A stretch of DNA of 47,825 nucleotides from a virus. Shown piece by piece: positions 25,219-33,489 of this stretch. The notes under the pieces were generated by a model. The model did no database searches. It had not been told where the DNA came from and saw only the letters and a program-made list of their open reading frames with translations. Positions within the stretch are counted from its first letter, which is position 1; each line of letters begins with the position of its first letter. The stretch lies in IMG/VR virus record IMGVR_UViG_3300030399_000027, one strand, 5' to 3'. A program made the position numbers and the translations under genes.

Positions 25219-26366
25219 GCGTAAATAGCCAGTCATTCACACAGATTCTAACCAGCTTCGCAACGGTCGTTCAAGGTCAGGCATCCTCCCTCGTAAACTT
25301 CGTCACCGGCTCAATTATGCGAGCCGTTGGCGAGGGCGTTGCATGGATTTCGATGTGGCTTCAATCGCTGATCTTGAACGCAATCGCACTTACCCGTGCG
25401 GTAACGTCTAGCGGCGCTGATCTGGATTCGTGGTTAGCTCAGTTCGGGTTTTATCGGCTTGCCCCGACCGCTGCAAGCGGCCAAGTAACGCTGTCTCGAT
25501 TCACGTACACGCAGCAAGCGATTGTCCCTGTTGGCTCCATTGTGCAGACTGGCGACGGGACGCAGCAGTACCAAGTAATAGCGGACACGACCAACCCGGC
25601 ATACAGCGTCACGTTGGGCGGCTTCGTCATCGCGGCCGGTACGCAGACAGTCACGCTAACCGTAGTAAGCATCACGCCTGGCTCGAACTCGCTTAGCCTG
25701 CCCGACGCATCCGGCAATGTGTCGGCTGGCGTAATCAATGCTCTCTACCAGTCGATTCCATTTGTCGATACGGTGAGTAATGCCATTGCGTTTTCGAACG
25801 GCGTCAACGCTGAATCTGATGTATCGGCGCGGATTCGATTCGTCGGCTATCTGGCGACACTTGCCAAGGCAACGCGGGCCGCTGTACTCGCCGCTGTCGC
25901 TGCGCTCGGATCAAACTTTGTATGCACGATTGCAGAGAACATCACGTATGGCGGCGTTACGCAAATGGGGTATTTCTATGTCGTCGTAGATGACGGCACG
26001 GGAGCGCCATCGAGCGGCACTCTATCGACGGTCTATAACGCAATCGATGCAGTGCGGCCCTTCACGTCAACGTTCGGCGTGTTCGCGCCAGTGGTTCAAA
26101 ACGCTGTCGTATCGCTCTCGATCACAACCACATCGACGGGCGCGGGTCACGCAGCAACCGCCGCAGTGGTTCAACTCGCGTTGCTGTCCTACATCAACAC
26201 TATGAAGCTCGGGCAGACCCTTTCGTATTTCCGAATCGGTCAAATTGCGTTCGACGCGTCAACCGATGTTGTGGACGTGCTTGCTGTCCTGCTGAATGGT
26301 GGCACTGCTGATTTCACGGCAACTCCGCAGCAGGTTATCAAGTCAACCAGCGTATCGGTGATCTGA
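25215..26366 (+). CDS. baseplate J-like protein (Mu gp47 / P2 gpJ family)
   Basis: 383 aa. Synteny and size. Confidence 0.7.
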   Translation: MSVNSQSFTQILTSFATVVQGQASSLVNFVTGSIMRAVGEGVAWISMWLQSLILNAIALTRAVTSSGADLDSWLAQFGFYRLAPTAASGQVTLSRFTYTQQAIVPVGSIVQTGDGTQQYQVIADTTNPAYSVTLGGFVIAAGTQTVTLTVVSITPGSNSLSLPDASGNVSAGVINALYQSIPFVDTVSNAIAFSNGVNAESDVSARIRFVGYLATLAKATRAAVLAAVAALGSNFVCTIAENITYGGVTQMGYFYVVVDDGTGAPSSGTLSTVYNAIDAVRPFTSTFGVFAPVVQNAVVSLSITTTSTGAGHAATAAVVQLALLSYINTMKLGQTLSYFRIGQIAFDASTDVVDVLAVLLNGGTADFTATPQQVIKSTSVSVI

Positions 26367-27031
26367 TGGCTACAGGCGACCAAGCAGATATTTTCGCGCG
26401 GCTCAGTGAGCGCACTCCAAAGGGCTGGTTCGGTAGCGTGCATCCGATTGTTGATGCTCTGCTGCAAGGCGTAGCGGCTATCTTCGCTGGCGTGTATTCA
26501 TGCTACGCGTACATGGTTCTTCAAACGCGTCTTCAGACATCGACCGATGGATGGCTCGACCTTTCGGCGGCCGATTATTTCGGGCCTACTGGCCTGCTAC
26601 GCATTCCGAACGAGCAAGACCCGACCTATCGGAATCGAATCAAGGTCAACATCATTCGCGAGCGAGGAACGCGAAACGCAGTCATCAAGGTTTTAACCGA
26701 TCTAACCGGGCGAGCGCCAACCATCATTGAGCCATTGCGCCCCGCTGACACTGGCGCTTATGGCATTGCATGCGGCTATGGCGTGGCTGGCGCGTATGGA
26801 TCAATGCTGATGGCATACCAAGCGTTTGTAACCGCCTACCGGCCTGCCGGAACCGGTATCCCGAACGTGGGCGGTTACAGCTCATCCGTTGCCGGTTACT
26901 CGCAGGCATCACAAGCCGAATACGCGAACATTGGATCGACGCTAAGCGGAGTCACCGACGCGGCTATCTATGCCGCTGTCGCATCTGTCATCCCCGCCGC
27001 AACTATCGTTTGGGTTCACATTTCGAACTAA
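26366..27031 (+). CDS. baseplate protein (Mu gp48 / P2 gpI-like)
   Basis: 221 aa directly after the J-like gene (TGATG coupling). Confidence 0.55.
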   Translation: MATGDQADIFARLSERTPKGWFGSVHPIVDALLQGVAAIFAGVYSCYAYMVLQTRLQTSTDGWLDLSAADYFGPTGLLRIPNEQDPTYRNRIKVNIIRERGTRNAVIKVLTDLTGRAPTIIEPLRPADTGAYGIACGYGVAGAYGSMLMAYQAFVTAYRPAGTGIPNVGGYSSSVAGYSQASQAEYANIGSTLSGVTDAAIYAAVASVIPAATIVWVHISN

Positions 27032-27054
27032 GCGCCCCGCATTGAAGAAACCAT

Positions 27055-27085
27055 AAGCCCGCACTCGCGGGCTTTTCCTATTTCA
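27055..27085 (+). terminator. Intrinsic terminator (GCCCGC family) before the tail fibre gene
   Basis: AAGCCCGCactcGCGGGCTTTTCCTATTTC. Confidence 0.65.
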
Positions 27086-27098
27086 GGATCGAAAATAC

Positions 27099-28832
27099 AT
27101 GGATCGCCAGATTGTCTATGCGGGTGCTATTCCGCTTGAAACCGATATTCTCAACACCAACCGGAACACGCTCACCGCCATTGCGGAACTTTGCCAAGAT
27201 ATTTTCGGCACGAGCACGGTTTTCACCGGCCTCGGTTGCGTTCCCGCCATCCCCGCAGCGCTTACGGTAACGATCAATCCCGGCCGTGTTTATTCGCTTC
27301 AAAACCGCGATACGCTGGCCTATTCGTCGCTCGCTGCCGATACGGTAAATCAGATCGTCAAGCAAGGTATCATGTTGACGGCTCAATCGTTGGCGTGCGC
27401 TGCCCCGGCGACTGCTGGCTTTTCGGTGAACTACCTTATCTCGGCCTCGTTCGTTGAGCAAGACATCACGCCTGTTGTCTTGCCTTACTACAACGCGGCC
27501 AATCCGGCGCAAGCGTTCAGCGGCCCCGGCAATACAGGCACTTCGCAGAACACCACGCGGCAAGACACGGTGCAACTTACGTTGACCGCTGGCATTGCCG
27601 CTGCCACTGGATCGCAAACGACTCCGGCTACTCCGGTCGGCACTATCGCGCTTTGGGTGGTGACGGTCGCGAATGGTCAAACCACGATCACGTCATCGAG
27701 CATCGCGCAAGCCTCGGGCGCTCCGATCCTGACTAGCTCGCTGCTGCAAGCGATCCAGGCGGACACACTGACGTATGGCGTTGATGTCGGCACGGTGAAC
27801 GTTGTACAGGCGACGTATCAGCTTCCGATTACCGCGCTCGTTGAGAACATGAACCTTTGGGTTCGGTTCAAGAACGCGAACACGGGGCCGATGACGTTCA
27901 CCCCGGCCCCTGGCCTCATCGCTCCGCTGCCAGTAGTCGGCGGCAATCACTCTGCGTTGCAAGGTGGCGAGGCGGTCGCTAACGGTCGCGGCAATCTCGT
28001 ATATCGAGCCGATATTACGTCATGGGTTCTTATGGAAAGCTCGGGCGGGGCGATGCAAGTCTCCCCCGCCACCGCTAGCCAGCATGCGGTTGAATTCGGG
28101 CAAGTCTCGGGCGTTGTTGGGCAGGCTCGCAACCTGTTTATGAGTATCCCCGCTGCAAGCACAACGGCAACGATTACGGCCGACGAAATTGTTGTTGAAA
28201 CGGCTCTCGGCGGGTTGCGATATTGTCTGCCGGGTTTCAACAAGACCATCAACCTAGCGACGGTTGGCGCGGGCGGAATGGATACAGGGGCGGCACCTGT
28301 CAGCGGCTATGTTGCGTTGTATGTGATATATAACCCAACCACCCAAACTGCTGCGCTGTTGGCAACGAATGCCGCTACAGTTCAGCCAAACATCTATGCT
28401 GGCGCGAATATGCCTGTTGGGTATACGGCGTCAGCACTTGTCAGCGCATGGCTGACGAATGCATCAAAACAGTTTGTTATTGGAGCGCAGCGGGACCGTT
28501 TTTGTACCCCTGCCCAAGTCCAAGTTTTATCCACCGCGACAATTTTCACCAACGCAGGTTTGGCTTTGGCGATACCGCCAAATGCTGTAAGCATTGACGG
28601 AACTCTTGGCGTCAGTTGCACCGCAGCGTCAAATCTATTGCTAACCCTCGCTCCGACAGCAACAAACCTTTTCGGAGCAAAGCAGAACCAGGCATCGATT
28701 GGGGCAGGGACAACGATCATAAATAGCTTCTCAAACTTGGCTTTAGTAGCACCGCAAGCTACTTACGTGACGACAGCAAGCTCAGCCGTTACACCGGCTT
28801 TTTCTGTATACGTTGTAGGGTATTCAATATGA
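27099..28832 (+). CDS. tail fibre protein
   Basis: 577 aa, Thr/Ala/Gly-rich. Position after the baseplate genes. Confidence 0.75.
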   Translation: MDRQIVYAGAIPLETDILNTNRNTLTAIAELCQDIFGTSTVFTGLGCVPAIPAALTVTINPGRVYSLQNRDTLAYSSLAADTVNQIVKQGIMLTAQSLACAAPATAGFSVNYLISASFVEQDITPVVLPYYNAANPAQAFSGPGNTGTSQNTTRQDTVQLTLTAGIAAATGSQTTPATPVGTIALWVVTVANGQTTITSSSIAQASGAPILTSSLLQAIQADTLTYGVDVGTVNVVQATYQLPITALVENMNLWVRFKNANTGPMTFTPAPGLIAPLPVVGGNHSALQGGEAVANGRGNLVYRADITSWVLMESSGGAMQVSPATASQHAVEFGQVSGVVGQARNLFMSIPAASTTATITADEIVVETALGGLRYCLPGFNKTINLATVGAGGMDTGAAPVSGYVALYVIYNPTTQTAALLATNAATVQPNIYAGANMPVGYTASALVSAWLTNASKQFVIGAQRDRFCTPAQVQVLSTATIFTNAGLALAIPPNAVSIDGTLGVSCTAASNLLLTLAPTATNLFGAKQNQASIGAGTTIINSFSNLALVAPQATYVTTASSAVTPAFSVYVVGYSI

Positions 28833-29017
28833 CAACTATCGATGTTCAGTTCTCGGACGCGTCTCAGGCCGTTATCATTTCGTATTTTGCTATGCCTCAG
28901 AACCCCGGTTCATGGCCCAATCAAGGCACTGTAGACACAAGCGATGCGCGCTGGAAGGCATACTTTTCATCTGTGCCAGCGATGATGCAGTCTGGTTTGC
29001 CGCTCTCCGGAAGCTGA
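28829..29017 (+). CDS. small protein after the fibre gene, 62 aa (possible fibre assembly factor)
   Basis: Track ORF. ATGA coupling to the fibre gene. Confidence 0.5.
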   Translation: MTTIDVQFSDASQAVIISYFAMPQNPGSWPNQGTVDTSDARWKAYFSSVPAMMQSGLPLSGS

Positions 29018-29020
29018 AAT

Positions 29021-29773
29021 TCAATTGGCCTTGTCGGCAAAAAATATTACCCGATCCCAATAATTGAGGTCGGCTAATTGATCGGTGAAGCGAAGGCGCT
29101 GCATCACGTCGCCCGCTCTAAAGCTCTGCCAATCGGATAGCGTGTAGTTCTGAAGCGCAAGCGGGTGAGGCATGGGGATGATTGAAATTCCAGATTGGAA
29201 CCCGGCATCCTTGGCAAATTGGTCCATCTCTTCGAGCACCACGTCACGTTCTATCCACGTTGGGTCACGCTCCCTCATGAACTCAACGAATGCTATGGTT
29301 TCAGGTGATTTGCTATGACGCGCGCCGGGCTCCACAAAGATGGCGCGGCCACCGGGCTTTAGAACTCGATAGAACTCCGAGAAAACTTTAGGATAGTCGT
29401 GCATGTGGTGCACGGTGTCATAACAAAGAAGGTGCCCGAAGGTGTTAGATTCAAACGGCATCGCGTGCCCGTCACCCTGCTCCACTGACAGCAAGCTAGG
29501 GTTGACTCGGCAGTCAGATGCAACTCGTTCCTTTATGCACGCGTCGATGAGATCGCCGTTGATGTCAAACGATACAGTCTGAAATCCCATGCGTGCGCAA
29601 AATTCTGAGACCCACGTTGTCCCTGACCCAAAGTCAAGAATCGGATATTCGAGCGCATCTTGCTTGAAACTCGATACCATGACGCCGAAATCGAACAAAA
29701 GCCGCCCCGCTGCTCGACCGGACGAAAACGGTTCTTTGGCGAAGTTCCTGACATCATCTTGAGAGAATTTCAT
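29021..29773 (-). CDS. class I SAM-dependent methyltransferase
   Basis: ILDFGSGTTW (motif I) and VLKPGGRAIFVEP (Methyltransf_11-like). No signal peptide. Confidence 0.8.
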   Translation of the reverse strand: MKFSQDDVRNFAKEPFSSGRAAGRLLFDFGVMVSSFKQDALEYPILDFGSGTTWVSEFCARMGFQTVSFDINGDLIDACIKERVASDCRVNPSLLSVEQGDGHAMPFESNTFGHLLCYDTVHHMHDYPKVFSEFYRVLKPGGRAIFVEPGARHSKSPETIAFVEFMRERDPTWIERDVVLEEMDQFAKDAGFQSGISIIPMPHPLALQNYTLSDWQSFRAGDVMQRLRFTDQLADLNYWDRVIFFADKAN

Positions 29774-29861
29774 TGCGCCCTCCTTATGGGAGTGGTGAGT
29801 TTATCAAACCCGCCCGAACTCATCGAAAAATAGGTGCTCGGGCGGCTCTTTCCCCTGCGCG

Positions 29862-30617
29862 TCACCCCTGAAGCATCTTATTGACGATCACCAATAACGG
29901 GGGGAAATAGTGACTCTCCTTGAACGCGTAGCCCGCATCGTTTGGGTGCTCGGCATCTGACCCAAGTAGCACGGTGCACCAACCCGGGTATGCCTTGAAA
30001 GCGTTGTACACAGGCAGGACTGGAACGCTATCCGCCGATGCGGTTGAGTTCATCGTTGAAACGAACTGGTCAGTAACGGGCAGGTTGCTTCCGGGGATGC
30101 GGCATACCGGATTTGGCTCTTCATGAATCGGCATAGCATTTGCCGCCCTGACAGTCTCGTCCCATAGCTTTACCCAGGTCGCATACTGGTCCATTGTTTC
30201 ATTGAAAACGTACTGATCATTAATTTGACTGTTCGTGATTACGATGTCTGCTGGCGTGGCGAGCGCTGCAAGACGCGTTGCAAGCGGAACGGTTACCGGG
30301 CCACCTGTCTGTAGATCGTCAGGAAATGAACTCCCTGAGATCGATCCATCGATCACAGTAACCAGCCCAGGAAGAGCCAAATCAAAATCTTTCTGCATCC
30401 TCATTGCTGGAGTGTTGGGGGTTTTTTGTGACGGGTATTCCGTGTCGACCCCCCAATTTGTACTATCGCCGTCAAGAAAAATTGTGATGTGGGTCTTTGC
30501 CGGTGGCTTTGGCGCAACAGCAACCGCAGGTTGCGCCGAATTTCCCGACGAACCACCACCGCCGCCACCACAAGCAGATAACAAGCAGCACAACGCGAGG
30601 ACTAGACCTAATTTCAT
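29862..30617 (-). CDS. SGNH/GDSL-family hydrolase lipoprotein
   Basis: MKLGLVLALCCLLSAC lipobox. FLDGDSTNWG (block I GDS), SISGSS, NSQIND, DAEHPND (block V DxxH). Start trimmed to ATG 30617 with GGAG 6 nt upstream. Confidence 0.75.
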   Translation of the reverse strand: MKLGLVLALCCLLSACGGGGGGSSGNSAQPAVAVAPKPPAKTHITIFLDGDSTNWGVDTEYPSQKTPNTPAMRMQKDFDLALPGLVTVIDGSISGSSFPDDLQTGGPVTVPLATRLAALATPADIVITNSQINDQYVFNETMDQYATWVKLWDETVRAANAMPIHEEPNPVCRIPGSNLPVTDQFVSTMNSTASADSVPVLPVYNAFKAYPGWCTVLLGSDAEHPNDAGYAFKESHYFPPLLVIVNKMLQG

Positions 30618-30652
30618 TTTTAACTCCATGGGTTTGTTCGATGGGGTGACAA

Positions 30653-30671
30653 TACTACCATTACGGTAGTA
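30653..30671. promoter_or_regulatory. Perfect 19-bp palindrome TACTACCattacGGTAGTA forming back-to-back -10 elements for the moron (leftward) and lysis (rightward) units
   Basis: - strand GGTAGTAT lies 36 nt from ATG 30617. + strand GTGACA-N15-TAGTAA lies 33 nt from ATG 30705. Confidence 0.6.
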
Positions 30672-30704
30672 ATTCAAGAACTATTTTTCATGCCTAGGAC
30701 ATAG

Positions 30705-31004
30705 ATGGATTTTCAAACACTCAACGCGTGGATGGTCTTGTGCGTGACCGCGCTTGTAGGTCTTGGCTGGTGGCTGTTCCGCACGCTGCATGCAAAGGTT
30801 GACCAGACCGACCGGAACGCCAACTTAGCGGTCGATATGGTTAAGGACCAACTGTCGAAGCACGAGTTGTATTGCGCTCAAAACTACGTCACGAACCCGG
30901 CTCTTACGGCCTCAATCGAAACAATAAACCGAGCGGTCGATGCGATTTTCAAGAAGCTTGAACGCATTGACGAAAAGCTAGACCGGAAAGCCGACAAGCC
31001 ATGA
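30705..31004 (+). CDS. membrane protein with an N-terminal TM and coiled-coil tail (holin or i-spanin-like)
   Basis: AWMVLCVTALVGLGWWLF TM. Directly upstream of, and overlapping, the endolysin gene. Confidence 0.55.
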   Translation: MDFQTLNAWMVLCVTALVGLGWWLFRTLHAKVDQTDRNANLAVDMVKDQLSKHELYCAQNYVTNPALTASIETINRAVDAIFKKLERIDEKLDRKADKP

Positions 31005-31648
31005 ATATCACGCCTGATCTACTGATGGAAACGGTCCAGCCGTTGACCACGAACGCCGCTCGTTGGGCTGATCCACTGCAAGCCGCGTGCGTCAAATACT
31101 CCATAAACACGCCGCAACGTCTCGCCGCGTTCCTGGCGCAGATCGGCCACGAGTCGGGCTCGCTATCGGCGACTAGCGAATCGTTCGATTACTCGATACC
31201 TGCACTGATGGCGACGTTCCCGCGCGTCATGACTTACACGGTTGCCGTGAAGTACGGTCGCCAGCCGAATGAAAAGGCCGTCCCGCTTGCTCGCCAAATG
31301 CAGATCGCAAACATGGTCTATGGCAACAAGTACGGTAACGGCGGAACAGCATCGGGCGATGGCTGGAAATATCGCGGCTCTGGTCCGGTTCAAACAACGT
31401 TCGCCGCTAACTTCCAGGCGGCCAAGGACGGAACGGGCATTGATGTTGTCACTAACCCCGATCTAGTCCGCACGGACGCCGCCACGGGCGCTATGGTCGC
31501 TGGATTCTTCTGGATCAATCACGGCCTGAATAGTCTTTCGGACGCTGGCGAGTTTGAAGCCATAACGCGGCGCATCAATCCCGCGATGGCTGGCGCTTCC
31601 GACCGTGACGCGCGATTCGTCCGCTGCAAAGCCGCGCTCGGCATCTAA
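31001..31648 (+). CDS. endolysin, glycoside hydrolase family 19 (chitinase-like)
   Basis: RLAAFLAQIGHESGSL ... KYRGSGPVQTTFAANF match the GH19 catalytic motifs. Confidence 0.85.
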   Translation: MNITPDLLMETVQPLTTNAARWADPLQAACVKYSINTPQRLAAFLAQIGHESGSLSATSESFDYSIPALMATFPRVMTYTVAVKYGRQPNEKAVPLARQMQIANMVYGNKYGNGGTASGDGWKYRGSGPVQTTFAANFQAAKDGTGIDVVTNPDLVRTDAATGAMVAGFFWINHGLNSLSDAGEFEAITRRINPAMAGASDRDARFVRCKAALGI

Positions 31649-31669
31649 ATAAACCTTCAATCGGAAACT

Positions 31670-31692
31670 GCCCGCCGCGTGCGGGCTTTTTT
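31670..31692 (+). terminator. Intrinsic terminator (GCCCGC family) after the endolysin gene
   Basis: GCCCGCcgcgtGCGGGCTTTTTT. Confidence 0.7.
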
Positions 31693-31698
31693 ACGTCT

Positions 31699-32127
31699 AT
31701 GCAAATCGCACACGAGCACGAAACCCACGAATCGATTCAGATCGATATTTTCTACCCTGACCACGCCCCGCGCAGTGAATCGGCGCTGTTCCGAAAAACA
31801 AAGCATCACCTTATCGCCGCGCTCGATACGCCGTGTTGGGTTTGCGGCACGAAGGAAAAGCGCGAGGTTCATCACTTCCATGCGGAGTGGGCCGATACCG
31901 AAGGCATCGACTGGATCAAGATGCGCGCGCTGCATCCGGCATTCGATTGGTCAACGTTCAAAGACGATTCCGATTTTATCGACTCGGAATACAACATGGT
32001 CGTGCTATGTGAGCGCCATCACCGGGGCAAAGATCACGGCATCCACCTGTTGCCATATCCGATTTGGATTATGCAGCGCAACCAGCTTTCGAATTTCACA
32101 TTCGCCCCTGATGAGGTAAAGGCATGA
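31699..32127 (+). CDS. HNH-motif nuclease-like protein
   Basis: CWVCG...EVHHFH...N...LCERHH arrangement. Confidence 0.6.
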   Translation: MQIAHEHETHESIQIDIFYPDHAPRSESALFRKTKHHLIAALDTPCWVCGTKEKREVHHFHAEWADTEGIDWIKMRALHPAFDWSTFKDDSDFIDSEYNMVVLCERHHRGKDHGIHLLPYPIWIMQRNQLSNFTFAPDEVKA

Positions 32128-32318
32128 ACGCCGACGCCTTAGACGTGCCGCTGAAAATGTTGGCGGTCGGATTTCTCGTTGTCGCTTGGATTGCATGCGA
32201 CATGCTTCACATTCAGGACCAGCCTCTATTTATCATGCTCGGCACGCTGATTGGCGCGGTCCCGATATGGCACGGTGTAAATAACCTGCCGTTCAGTTTG
32301 GCTAAGGCCGCGCCATGA
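32124..32318 (+). CDS. small two-TM membrane protein, 64 aa (holin-like)
   Basis: Two hydrophobic segments, LAVGFLVVAWIA and LFIMLGTLIGAVPIW. ATGA coupling. Confidence 0.55.
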   Translation: MNADALDVPLKMLAVGFLVVAWIACDMLHIQDQPLFIMLGTLIGAVPIWHGVNNLPFSLAKAAP

Positions 32319-32623
32319 GATTAATTGCGCTGCTTCTGGTTGCGATGCTAGCCGGTTGCGCTGGCATCGCGACATATGACGTAAAGCCGTTCTATGACGC
32401 TGCCGCTGGCAAAGAGGTTTGTTGCGAAGTGACCGTAACGAACGGCAAGGATATTTCAACAGTATCCGCTCACTACGCAAAGACAGGCGATGACTACACG
32501 GTTGATTTAACCGAAACGGGAGTCGTCGCAACTGCCCCAATTACAGCGAACGCAGTAACCGCTTCTGCCGTCGCTGGCGCTGTATCAAACGCGGCTATCT
32601 CTGCCGCTAAAATCCTTCACTGA
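32315..32623 (+). CDS. lipoprotein, 102 aa
   Basis: MRLIALLLVAMLAGC lipobox. Ala-rich semi-hydrophobic C-terminus. Confidence 0.6.
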   Translation: MRLIALLLVAMLAGCAGIATYDVKPFYDAAAGKEVCCEVTVTNGKDISTVSAHYAKTGDDYTVDLTETGVVATAPITANAVTASAVAGAVSNAAISAAKILH

Positions 32624-32630
32624 GCCAAAT

Positions 32631-33077
32631 ATGAAACGAGTCTTTTTATCCGTTGTCGCTGCCATTGCATTGGCCGCCGTTGCTGCTTGCTCGTCGCTCC
32701 CGAAAATCACCGTGCAAACTCCGGTTCAGATTGCCCAGGCAGTATGCAAGCCCGCTCAAGCTGAAATCACCGTATTGCAAGCCGATGGAATTTTCACTGG
32801 CGGCGCTGCAAAAACGCTCGCGACCGTACAAGCCGATTTATCCAAGGCGTGTGACGCGATCCTGACCACCGCCACGCCTACGCTTGCCACGAGCCTGTCT
32901 TCGCTATCGACTGAAGCGTTCCCGCTCGTGCTGGACGTGATTGCGGCCTCCAAGCTGTCGCCGTCCGATCAGGCCATTGCAAAGGATGTCGTGTTGGGCC
33001 TGCAATCGACCATTGCGGTACAGCTTGCAATGCAACCCGCCGTAGTCGCTACCGCTCCCGTGGCCGCGTCGCAATGA
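32631..33077 (+). CDS. lipoprotein, 148 aa
   Basis: MKRVFLSVVAAIALAAVAAC lipobox. Confidence 0.6.
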   Translation: MKRVFLSVVAAIALAAVAACSSLPKITVQTPVQIAQAVCKPAQAEITVLQADGIFTGGAAKTLATVQADLSKACDAILTTATPTLATSLSSLSTEAFPLVLDVIAASKLSPSDQAIAKDVVLGLQSTIAVQLAMQPAVVATAPVAASQ

Positions 33078-33454
33078 GCAAGTTCCTAACTGACTTGGAG
33101 GTCAAGCCAGCGGACCCGGCCGCACTCGATGACGGCAACTGGAAACTGATTGCCCCGCTTGAATACCAGGGCGACTTTTCCGGCAAGACGTTCACCGTGC
33201 CAGCCGGGTTTGTGACCAACTTCGCGTCGGTCCCTCGGCTCGCGTTCATCTACGCGATGTTCGGCGGCAAGGCGGATCAAGCCGCGACGCTTCACGACTA
33301 CCTCTATACCGCTCCCGCGCCCGTATCGCGCCGTGTTGCCGATGGCACGTTCCTTGAGGCGTCCAAGGTAACAGGCGTCGCCGCGTGGCGTCGCTGGCCC
33401 ATGTGGGCGGGCGTGCGCCTGTTCGGCCGGTCGCACTACAATACAGCGATGTAG
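33074..33454 (+). CDS. DUF1353-family protein
   Basis: FTVPAGFVTNFASVPR...ATLHDYLY signature. Confidence 0.75.
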   Translation: MSKFLTDLEVKPADPAALDDGNWKLIAPLEYQGDFSGKTFTVPAGFVTNFASVPRLAFIYAMFGGKADQAATLHDYLYTAPAPVSRRVADGTFLEASKVTGVAAWRRWPMWAGVRLFGRSHYNTAM

Positions 33455-33464
33455 CCCAACGGCC

Positions 33465-33489
33465 CCGGACACGGCTATTTTGTGTCCGG
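33465..33489. terminator. 8-bp hairpin at the end of the rightward late/lysis block (no clear U tract)
   Basis: CCGGACACggctattttGTGTCCGG. Confidence 0.35.
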
